A stretch of DNA of 63,917 nucleotides, the filler included. It is 5 parts of 5 records of this genome, joined end to end, with 100 filler letters (N's around TTAATTAATTAA, not from the genome) between each part and the next. Parts side by side here need not be neighbours in the genome. Positions count along the whole stretch, not along the records: positions 8,789 to 33,548 come from SRR20825019_120; positions 33,649 to 50,207 come from SRR20825019_122; 3 more parts are not named here. One strand, written 5' to 3'. Both the position numbers and the translations under genes were made by a program. Positions 28,920 through 38,100 of the stretch are shown here, in pieces (positions within the stretch are counted from its first letter, which is position 1; each line of letters begins with the position of its first letter). The notes below the pieces were generated by a model. It did no database searches and was not told the origin of the DNA. It worked only from the letters and a program-made list of their open reading frames with translations.

Positions 28920-29540
28920 TCAGATATCCACGACAATCGGTGGGTTCAGCGGCTTGAACTGGCCGGTGCAGGTGCTGGCGTTGACATGCAGGCAGTCTTT
29001 CAGCATTTGCTGGCCATAGCTTTCGTGGATATGCCCGAAGATGTGGAGTTTGAGCGTGAGCCGTTCCAGCTCCCTGGCCAGATCGCTACAGCCTACCGCC
29101 AGTGACTCGTTCACTTTATCGAGGATGCCTGCTGGCGGACCATGGGTGATAAGAACGTCAGTGTCTGACGGTATCTGTGCCCAGCGCTCCGCAATGGGCG
29201 CTCCACGCTCGAGGTTGAATGCCCAGTCGAAAAAGATCGGTGTCCAGGGGCTGCCCCAGAATTTCAGCCCTTCGATGTCGATACTTCTGTCCCGAAGGTA
29301 AACGGCGTTCCTGATCAGTGCTTCGGCGTCCGCAGGCTCATCCTGCAGGCACCAGTCGTGGTTGCCGGCAATCAGGATCTTGTGGCGGTGGGGCTGTTCG
29401 GAAAACCAGTTGTCCAGGTCCTCGAGTTCCTCAAGGGTGCCCACTCCCAGGCAGTCGCCGGCGTGGATCAGCACGTCGCCATCGGGCACCACCACCTGGC
29501 GGTGCATGCTGTGGGTATCGGATATGCAGACCAGTCTCAT
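28920..29540 (-). CDS. Calcineurin-like metallophosphoesterase (239FB/MPPED-like)
   Basis: ISDTH, IHAGD, AGNHD, THGPP and FGHIHE. Confidence 0.92.
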   Translation of the reverse strand: MRLVCISDTHSMHRQVVVPDGDVLIHAGDCLGVGTLEELEDLDNWFSEQPHRHKILIAGNHDWCLQDEPADAEALIRNAVYLRDRSIDIEGLKFWGSPWTPIFFDWAFNLERGAPIAERWAQIPSDTDVLITHGPPAGILDKVNESLAVGCSDLARELERLTLKLHIFGHIHESYGQQMLKDCLHVNASTCTGQFKPLNPPIVVDI

Positions 29541-30343
29541 GATGGCTCGCCGGGTTCGTCGGGACTATAAAAAACACCATGGCGTCCGGCACCAGCGGAA
29601 AACCGGCCGGCGCCCTCGATGGCTTCCTCGAACACCACAGGATAGCCGCCAGCGCCTTCCGCCGCCAAGGCTTCGGACAGTTCCAGGTCCCACTGGTGAA
29701 TGGCGGAGTGTCGGTCGGCGCGCAGGCACTTCTGCGGGAACGCTGCAATGTCGGCGGCAAAAGCTTCTGCTGCGGATCGCGCCTGTCCATCAGGCACCAC
29801 CCGATTTGCAAGCCCCATCGCCTTGGCTTCTTCCGCATTGACCGGTCGACCGGTCAGAATCATATCCATGGCGTTGCCGTGGCCAACAATGCGTGGCAGG
29901 CGTACGGTGCCTCCATCGATCAGCGGTACCCCCCAGCGGCGGCAGAACACGCCGAAGGTGGCGGATTCCTCTACGACTCGCAGGTCACACATCAGTGCCA
30001 GCTCCAGCCCCCCGGCCACGGCGTAGCCGGATACGGCAGCGATCACCGGCTTCGACAATGACATGCGGGAAGGGCCCATTGGGCCGTGGGCTGTTCCGGT
30101 TGCCTCGATCTCGTTGCGGCGCTCCGGATCGCCGACGGCTTCCAGATCGGCGCCGGCGCAAAAATTGCCACCCTCGCCCCAGAGCACAGCCACCTTGAGG
30201 GTGTCATCAGCCTCAAAGTCGGTGAACGCCTGGCGCAGGGCGTTGGCAGTTTCGCGGTCGACGGCGTTTCGTTTCTCCGGGCGGGCGAGAACAATGGTCA
30301 GCACATGACCGCTGGCTTGAGAGTATACGGGTGGGGGTGTCAC
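29537..30343 (-). CDS. Crotonase / enoyl-CoA hydratase family protein
   Basis: FCAGADL, KPVIAAVSGYAVAGGLELAL and RRWGVPLIDGGTVRLPR. Confidence 0.93.
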   Translation of the reverse strand: MTPPPVYSQASGHVLTIVLARPEKRNAVDRETANALRQAFTDFEADDTLKVAVLWGEGGNFCAGADLEAVGDPERRNEIEATGTAHGPMGPSRMSLSKPVIAAVSGYAVAGGLELALMCDLRVVEESATFGVFCRRWGVPLIDGGTVRLPRIVGHGNAMDMILTGRPVNAEEAKAMGLANRVVPDGQARSAAEAFAADIAAFPQKCLRADRHSAIHQWDLELSEALAAEGAGGYPVVFEEAIEGAGRFSAGAGRHGVFYSPDEPGEPS

Positions 30344-30377
30344 ATGGCCTCCAACGAATTATTGTTGTCGGGCCGTT

Positions 30378-31577
30378 TCAGCTAACGCTGGTCTCCGGCG
30401 TCAGTCTTCCGAATTCTGCCCGGTTCCGGCCCTTGTCCTTGGCATTGTATAGCGCCGCGTCGGCTTCGATCATCATATCTGCGAAGGTTTTGTGATGGCC
30501 GGCTTTTTCAACACCCCCTATGCTGGCGGAGATGTACAGTGGCAACCCGTCTATTTCCTGGCCGTTGGTGGCGATGGTGTCCAGCAGACGGCGGGTGATG
30601 ATGCGCACGTCGTCATCACCGGTGATGCGAAGCACCATCGCAAACTCTTCTCCCCCGACACGGCCAATGATGTCGTTATCCCTGAGTTCGTTTTTCAGCG
30701 TGCGTGCGACCAGGCGGAGGGCGTCATCTCCGGCTGCATGTCCCCAGCGGTCGTTGACTTGTTTGAAGTGATCCAGGTCCAACATCAGTACGGCCAACTG
30801 CGTCTGGGACTGTGTCGCCTGGTCAAAGGCCCGGATGCCTTCCCGGAACAGGGAGCGGCGGTTATAGAGCCCGGTCAGGCCGTCGCGCTCCGCCATCACT
30901 CTCAGGCGCTGTTCGGAATGGGTAAAGGCCAGCAATGGCAGTGCGAGGGTCGTCGCGGTAGCCAGCAGGATATGGTTGACGAGGATCAACCGCAGCACGA
31001 AACCGGTATTGGCCTGGTTCAGGCCAAGCCCGTCCATGCCGATCACCAGTGCCTGGGACATCATCAGTACCCCATGCATCGTAAACAGCACTTTCAGAAT
31101 CCTGACGGGCAGTGACGGTGTGGTATCCAGTTTCGACAGGGTGTAGACCGCAAAAATGAAAATGGCGGCCGAGAACAGGGCTGTTAGCAGGCGGGCATTC
31201 AGCGGATCGCCTTGGAAGGTGAGCAGCAGGATCAGCAGATAACAGGCCGCGGATAAGCGCAGAGCATGGCGGGAGCGGCGGGTTTTACGCGATGCACTGC
31301 CGGAGAAGCGCTGCAGGCCCGCCAATACCAGCAACGGGGAAAGGCCGAGAAACAGGTGAGCCAGGAACACGGTGATCCAGGGCGTATCGATAAAGGCGCG
31401 TGTACCTGCGAACAGGGTACCCACCGCGAAGGTCATACACGCCAGTGCCCACAACCGGAAACAATGCTGGCGGGAACGCAGCCGGAAAATGGCCCACAAT
31501 AACCCACCGATCAATAGATTGATCGCGACAGAAAGCAGCAGCAAAGTCGGCAGGTGAACGGTAAATCCCATAGTCAT
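30378..31577 (-). CDS. Membrane-bound diguanylate cyclase
   Basis: About 7 TM segments; DGLTGLYNRR, DLDHFKQVND and the GGEEF active site with an intact RxxD I-site (RDND). Start at 31577 or 31571. Confidence 0.92.
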   Translation of the reverse strand: MTMGFTVHLPTLLLLSVAINLLIGGLLWAIFRLRSRQHCFRLWALACMTFAVGTLFAGTRAFIDTPWITVFLAHLFLGLSPLLVLAGLQRFSGSASRKTRRSRHALRLSAACYLLILLLTFQGDPLNARLLTALFSAAIFIFAVYTLSKLDTTPSLPVRILKVLFTMHGVLMMSQALVIGMDGLGLNQANTGFVLRLILVNHILLATATTLALPLLAFTHSEQRLRVMAERDGLTGLYNRRSLFREGIRAFDQATQSQTQLAVLMLDLDHFKQVNDRWGHAAGDDALRLVARTLKNELRDNDIIGRVGGEEFAMVLRITGDDDVRIITRRLLDTIATNGQEIDGLPLYISASIGGVEKAGHHKTFADMMIEADAALYNAKDKGRNRAEFGRLTPETSVS

Positions 31578-31690
31578 CCCTGGTGACGGATTTTCGCAGT
31601 TTCACAGAGTACGCCCCCAGGGACGTTACGATCAGTAAGCTTTGTGTGTCGTTTCTTAGTGCATAAGCTAACAGGGAGCAGCCGCAGCCG

Positions 31691-31726
31691 CAGCCGCCAG
31701 CGCCGGCAGAGCGTGGCTGGCGGCTG
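31691..31726. terminator. 11-bp inverted repeat just downstream of the alcohol dehydrogenase stop
   Basis: CAGCCGCCAGC/GCTGGCGGCTG, preceded by tandem CAGCCG units; no U-tract. Confidence 0.4.
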
Positions 31727-31735
31727 GCCGTTTGG

Positions 31736-32791
31736 TTATGCGGCTTTCAGTGTCTTCATGTCGATCACGAAACGGTACTTCACATCGCCTTTCTTCATGC
31801 GCTCGTAGGCTTCGTTGATGTTTTTGATGTCGAGCATTTCCACGTCACAGGTGATGCCGTGATCGGCGCAGAAATCCAGCACTTCCTGGGTTTCGGGCAT
31901 ACCGCCGATGAGAGAGCCTGCCAGCACGCGGCGCTTGAATACCAGGCCGCCGGCTTCCAGGGGCGGATCGACCGGTTCCAGTAAGCCCACGAGGATGTGG
32001 GTGCCGTCGAACGTCAGGCAGTTCAGGTACGGATTCAGGTCATGCTGTACCGGCACGGTATCCAGCATGAAATCGAAGGATTCGGCGGCCGCTTCCATCT
32101 GGCTGTCGTCGGTGGAGACGACAACATGGTCGGCGCCCTGTTTCTTCGCCTCGGCCACCTTGCTTTCGGAGCGAGTGAAGATGGTGACCTCCGCGCCCAG
32201 GGCCTTGGCGAATTTCACGCCCATATGGCCGAGGCCGCCCATGCCGATAACGCCCACTTTGTCGCCAGGTCGAACGCCGTAGTGGCGTAGTGGGGAGTAG
32301 GTGGTAATGCCTGCGCAGAGAATGGGGGCGGCGGAGGCTGGGTCCAGCTTTTCCGGGACTTTCACCACAAAGCGCTCGCTGACCACAACCCGGTCGGAAT
32401 AACCGCCGTAGGTGATGGAGCCGTCATAACGGTCCTCGCCATTGTAGGTGGCGGTCATGCCTTCCAGGCAATACTGTTCGAGGCCGGATTCGCAGGCGGA
32501 ACAGCTACGGCAGGAATCCACCATGCAGCCTACGCCGACCGTATCGCCCACCTTATAGTCTGTCACGTCGGAGCCAACAGCAGTGACACGGCCAATGATC
32601 TCGTGGCCGGGAATTACCGGAAACTGCGTGACGCCCCAATCGTTCTGGGCGAAGTGGATATCGGTGTGGCAGACCCCGCAGTAGTCAATCTCAATGGAGA
32701 CATCGTCCGGGCGCGGTTCGCGCCGTTCGAAGCTGATGGGGGCCAGCTTTGAGTCGGCTGATTCAGCTGCGTAGCCTTTTGCAGTCGCCAT
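31736..32791 (-). CDS. Zn-dependent NAD(P)H alcohol dehydrogenase (YahK/CAD family)
   Basis: CGVCHTD, GHEIIG, structural Zn CRSCSAC...C, CAGITTYSPL, GMGGLGH and YRFVID. Confidence 0.94.
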   Translation of the reverse strand: MATAKGYAAESADSKLAPISFERREPRPDDVSIEIDYCGVCHTDIHFAQNDWGVTQFPVIPGHEIIGRVTAVGSDVTDYKVGDTVGVGCMVDSCRSCSACESGLEQYCLEGMTATYNGEDRYDGSITYGGYSDRVVVSERFVVKVPEKLDPASAAPILCAGITTYSPLRHYGVRPGDKVGVIGMGGLGHMGVKFAKALGAEVTIFTRSESKVAEAKKQGADHVVVSTDDSQMEAAAESFDFMLDTVPVQHDLNPYLNCLTFDGTHILVGLLEPVDPPLEAGGLVFKRRVLAGSLIGGMPETQEVLDFCADHGITCDVEMLDIKNINEAYERMKKGDVKYRFVIDMKTLKAA

Positions 32792-32902
32792 GGTCCGTGT
32801 TCCTTCTTTGTCGGTAAATGTTCAAACCTATACGCAGTAACTCCGGGTGTGAGTCAGTTTTTCAACCGCAAGTTCCTTTTATGAAAGGAATATCATCAAG
32901 GG

Positions 32903-33548
32903 TTAATGACGATGGGTGTGGCGGTAGTCGGTGGGGGACTGGCCCATGACCTTCTTGAACAGTCGCGAAAAATAATAGTTGTCGTCATAGCCCAGAAGGC
33001 TACTGATCTGGGTAAAGGAGTGGTCCGTGGTGTCCAGTAACTGGCAGGCCTGTTCCACTTTCAGGTGCAGGAAATGCTGGATCGGGGAGACGCCGGTCAG
33101 GGCCCGGTAGCGGGTGGCAAAGTGTGCGGGTGAGAGCCCCGTCAGGTCCGCCAGTTGATTGAGCGTGATGCGCTCATCCAGATGCTCGCGCATGAAGTTA
33201 TGAATGATGTCCAGGTCTGGCTGCTGCGCCTGGCCGGCCTCGCCGACGCTCAGCGGAACGGCCGCCAGCAACTGGCGTAGCCGGTTGGCCACATGGACCA
33301 GGCCGGGGGTGCGGAAACCGGTCTGCCGTACCGAAAGCAGGCCGTTGAAGTCCACCAGCAATCGGGGTTGCCGACCGATGTGCTGAACGCGGATGCCGTC
33401 GGTAAATCCCATGTGTTCCCGAAAGTGTTCCGCCAATGGGCCTGCATAGTGCACCCAATGAATTGTCCATGGGTTCTCCGGTGCGGCGGTGTATCGGTGG
33501 GCGGCGCCGGCCGGTATCAGCACCAGGTCGCCCGCCCGTATCAGGCAG
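32903..33548 (-). CDS. AraC-family regulator (MmsR-like), 5'-truncated
   Basis: Cupin HRY...PWTIHWVH and C-terminal double HTH LGYDDNYYFSRLFKKVMGQSP. Confidence 0.88.
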
Positions 33549-33648
33549 NNNNNNNNNNNNNNNNNNNNNNNNNNNNNNNNNNNNNNNNNNNNTTAATTAA
33601 TTAANNNNNNNNNNNNNNNNNNNNNNNNNNNNNNNNNNNNNNNNNNNN
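33549..33648. other. Artificial contig spacer
   Basis: N-run, TTAATTAATTAA, N-run. Confidence 0.99.
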
Positions 33649-34215
33649 GTCATCGTCGTCATCGTCGTCATCGTCGTCCTCCTCCTCACTATCCGAGGCC
33701 TGCGCAGGCTTCAGCCACTTCTTGTTTTCATCAGTGAATCCCTTCTTAGACTTCGGCGCGGGCTCCTCCGAGTCGTCTTCTTCGCTGTCAAAGAGTTCAG
33801 CCTTGTTCGCCTTTTTCTTTGGGGTGCGGCGGACTTCGACCTCATCATCAACCTGTTCATATTCGTCATCTTCCTCACTATCGCTTACTTCATCCTCATC
33901 CTCATCTTCATCCTCATCCTCGCCTTCGCTATCACTCATTTCCATACCCTCAAGGTCTCCTTCATCAAACTCATCCTCATTAAGATCTTCGAAATCGCTG
34001 TCGTCCTCATCGCCCAACAACTCCTCTTCCTCTGAGTCGCTGATCTCCTCAGGCGCAGGGCGTTTCTTACCTTTCTTTTGATCAGACCCTTTTGCCTTCC
34101 CAGCCAACTTTCCCTTAGCGGGTGCAGGCTTGGCTGGTGCAGATTTCTTCTTGACCGGGGCCGGGGCAGGGGCCTTCATGGCTCCCTTCTTTGCGGCAAC
34201 ACTCTTCTTTCCCAT
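33649..34215 (-). CDS. Eukaryotic nucleolar protein N-terminus, probably NOP2/NOL1 rRNA m5C methyltransferase; 3'-truncated
   Basis: K/A/P-rich start and long D/E tracts with SDSEE sites. The GFTDENKKWLKP motif is recalled from NOP2 N-termini. The catalytic domain is not in the window. Confidence 0.55.
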
Positions 34216-35103
34216 GGTACCAACACAACAAATGGTTCCGAGGGACTCCGCTATAGATATACCGGTCCGGGTTCGAAAGAGGGAACTTGACTGGTCTCGC
34301 CTTGTCTACGTTCACATTGAGCGGCCGGAGCCCCCCGATGGGCTGAGCTGGCCATGTCGGCGTCTGCCTGGAATGGCATGCATCAGGTCACGGTGGCCTA
34401 AGAAGTTAAGGCCATAGTGTTCCGTCGATTATTATCGGAGAGTGGCCTATGAGGAATGAAGACTTAACGGAACACCATACAGCGACACTTGTGACAGTTG
34501 AATTAAATGGACCAGGGTGGAACAAGTGCTGACCGATATTTATGGGACAGCCTGAAATGACATAGCCTCTCCTCGACTTACAATTGGCCACCCTCAAGTC
34601 ATTCAGCTAGCGGGCGTCACTTTCTGGTGTAACTGGCTCACGAAATCAAAGCAACAGGCCGCTGGGCGAGCCGCTTCTTCCCCACTCATCCGTATGCGGG
34701 GGCCGCTTCTTGCTGGGTGGCGGGACGTCAACCCGGGGACGGTCGTGCCGCCCCCAGGTGCGCGCCCACGTGCGGGCAGGAGGGGTCGTGGTGGGGGGCT
34801 GACCCACTGTGGTCGCGGCCCGACTGACTCACTGGCCGTGCTGTGAGTCCCGGCCCACCAAAGGCACTTTGGCACCGGCGGCAGCCACTCCGCCACACCA
34901 GCCCCGGGATGCTGGAATACGTGCCCGTGAGGCCTGGACGAGTACGAGACACCTCTAGGGTTACGGCCGGGCTTCCTTTCCGCTCCCTGCGATCGGTTTC
35001 GGTTGAACAGGACACGGAGCACCCAGGTCACGAAAGAAAAGGCGAAGGCGATGTTACATATACATCAGCGCCTACATGGCAAAGCACTCGTTGAGACTGA
35101 GGC

Positions 35104-38100
35104 ATGGAGACGAAGAAGGGAGTTTCATTCGACCCCGCCTTAGCTTTGACCTCGATTGGGGCAGGGGCGCCTAAGCCCACTCGTAAACTATCCCGGGCTG
35201 AAAGTGCCATTTCAGAGGATGACACCACCACGGTTAGTGGCGGCGAGTCCAGTAGAACAGCATCAACATCGCGACGTTTGGGAGAGGGTTTGCTTGCTCC
35301 AGCGGAGGAGTCAAAAATGCGGAGACTCCTAGCCAAGTCAGTGATCACCAAGGATTCCGCTATGGTGTTACGGTTGGTGAAAGATCGGTCAAAGCAAAAG
35401 AAGGTAAGGCCATAGTGGAGAAGTCTGTTGTGCCAAAAAAACTGAAAGCGACATAGGAATTCCTCTTCAAAGTAATCAAAAAGTTTAAGTTGTCAATCTC
35501 TGCCAATCAACTACAAAAGAGAAAGTATCTCGTAAACCCCAACATCGTATTTAGCGTTAAAGAGAAAGAAGCGGTGGGCGACAGGGAGAGGGTGACCATT
35601 TTTGGCGAAAAAGTTGACGCGGAGCCCGTGATTAACTTTGCGGTGCGCACGTCTAGTCCCGCGGTGATTCGGGCTCTCCTGGACCATGGCGCCAATCCGT
35701 CTGCGCCTTCTCAGAAACTGCATCGAACATCTTTGCATGATGCTTGCGAGTATGGTAACGACTACGCTGTCGATCACCTGATAGAAGCAGGTTGCACGTT
35801 GAGTGCACGCGATTGGAGAGGGCGGACGCCACTACATATTGTTGTTGGGGTTCCATCGCATACCAAAAAGAACATTTGCATACCTGTGCTGCGGGCACTA
35901 CTCCTGCATGCCACCAAGGAAGATCTTGAGACGCCAATATTTACAAAGAACACTCCAACTCCAAGTCGAATTCTTGAGTATCCATTAAGTAGTGATGAGG
36001 CGTGGTTTGATGACAAAATCAAGATAGCAGAGCTAGAACAGGAGGGGAATTTCGTGTTTGAAACATCGTTCGAATCGCAGCGGCCTCGGCCACTGCACTT
36101 GTGTGCATGGAATGGCCACATTCCTGGGTGTAAGTTGTTGTTGGAGGCTGGCGCCAATATGGAGGGTGTTGACCTGGAGGGAGATACCCCGCTCTTTGTT
36201 GCTCTGTCGCGGAATCACCAGAAGGTAGTGGAGTACCTGATACGAGAAGGAGCAAACCTATCTCACGTATGCCGGCGCCGCGAGCCCATGCTGAACTTGA
36301 TAGCTCGTTCCAGCAACACAAACGTCTTTCGAAAGTTCCACGAGTCCTTCGAAACTGTCGATACGAAAGATATTGACGGAAACACCCCACTGTTCTGGGC
36401 GGCGTACAATGCAAATCTCCGAATTGCATCGATCCTCGTGCAAGCCAAGAAGGCCGATGTGAGACTGAGCAATAAGAAGGGCCAGACAGCGCTGCACGCT
36501 GTGTCCATGGGGAGCGCGTTGCCGCTTGCCCGCGCAGGTATTGTGACATTGCTATTGGAGAATGGTGGTGACGGCGCGGCTCTGTATGCTGAGGACAAAG
36601 CTGGGCGGACACCTTTGTCCCAGGCAGCAATGAATGGATTTGTGAAGGTTGTCGAACTGCTTTTGTTCCAAATACCTGGTGGTTTGGTGTCTTACAATTC
36701 GAAAAACATTTCCCCGATGCACTTTGCCGCAGGGGAGGGCAAGTCAGCTGTGGTCAAGATGGCAATAGAGAAAGGGATTCCCCAGGGGTGGAACCCACTA
36801 GATAACGACTTGATGACCCCGCTTCTGTGGGCAGCCAGAGGGTGGCATGTTTCCACATGCCTGCTCTTGCTCCAATTCTATCCGCAGTGGGCGTTTATCC
36901 CTGACCGGAAAGGCAATACTGTATTGCAGTATGCTGCCATGATGGGGAGTATGGAGCTGGCGCAGGAGGTTTACACAATAATTTCAGCCTACAAGTATCC
37001 GCCCCAAGGTAGTTACAGCTTCCAGAGGGATTATCAAGAGACCGTATATCAGGCAATCGCATACTGTAATACTGAGATTGCTTTGTTCATCATCGAAAAA
37101 GAGAGAGCATTCGCGGTTGAAGCAAGCGATGCTCTCCGTGTGGCCGTGGAGCATAGCCTGGTTGATGTGGTGAAGGCTCTGCTTACTAAGAGCAACCCAG
37201 ATGATCCCTTCTGCGTCGATACACCAGAATATGATGAATTTGGACGACCAACTACTGCATTGCACTCCGGCATTCGCCTTGGACGTTCTATTGTGCTGAA
37301 CTTGTCTGTCTCGAAGAATCATCGGATGGACCATGTGTTTGCAACAATACAAAGCAGCATTGGGATGAGCCTCGACAGGATTAGGATTAGCGTTGGTGGG
37401 ACCCCTTTGAAGCGCTTTAAGGAGGCATCCATCCCTGGCTATAGCCATATTGGAGAATTTATCAAATCTCTTTCCTACACAGACGGCTCGCCGCAGAAGA
37501 TGAATTTTGTTCTTCGCTCTCGAGGCACCGACGTCCTCCCGCGACCTTCTCCTATTACCGACTACGACAAAGGCCTTACGCTACTGACGGGCCAATATTG
37601 TGATATGGTTGACAAAGGGTTTTTGAATCGGACCGACGTGAACGGGGACACGCCGCTTCATTTTGCGGCAAGGAGAGGGTTACCACGCCTACTCGAGAAG
37701 ATTTTGCGAAAGAAGGTGGAGGACAGGTTCGACAAGAAGTATGTGCATATTGAAAATTCATTCAAGGAAACCGCACTGCTGGCAGTGGGCCAGAATTACT
37801 GCGATTGTATGTGCCAGAATTGCAACGGTTTTCGTGTGGATGCAGTGGGTCAGGCCGCGGATGAACTAGAGGGATGCTGCCGGTGTGACTGCTGCAATTT
37901 TTGTCACAGAGAAGGCGCCGTTCATGGAGAGGGCGTAGATGGAGTATTCAATAAGTTCTTAACATTTGACGGAAACCATGCGTATAGCGAAGGCCACCGC
38001 CGCTGCATTGAACTCCTCGTAATCTATGGATCCAACATCAACGTCACGAACCAATGGGGTTCGTCCCCTCTGTTATATGCGATCCGGGCCGGATGTTCTC

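Noticed and set aside
32873-32890. TTCCTTT-N4-AAAGGAA palindrome upstream of the alcohol dehydrogenase
   Set aside because: It could be an operator or a weak terminator, but it is too short and AT-rich to assign.
33649-34050. TCA/TCC/TCG-rich repeats as a microsatellite
   Set aside because: They encode the Asp/Glu tracts of the nucleolar protein on the minus strand.
34445-34567. Box C/D snoRNA (ATGAGGA...CTGA)
   Set aside because: The C box is imperfect, the terminal stem is poorly placed, and no rRNA guide could be verified.
34620-35030. SRP, RNase P, RNase MRP or U3 identity for the GC-rich island
   Set aside because: Partial look-alikes exist (GUCCCCGGG, UGUAA), but the required partner motifs (P4 3' strand, SRP helix 8, U3 boxes) are absent or in the wrong order.
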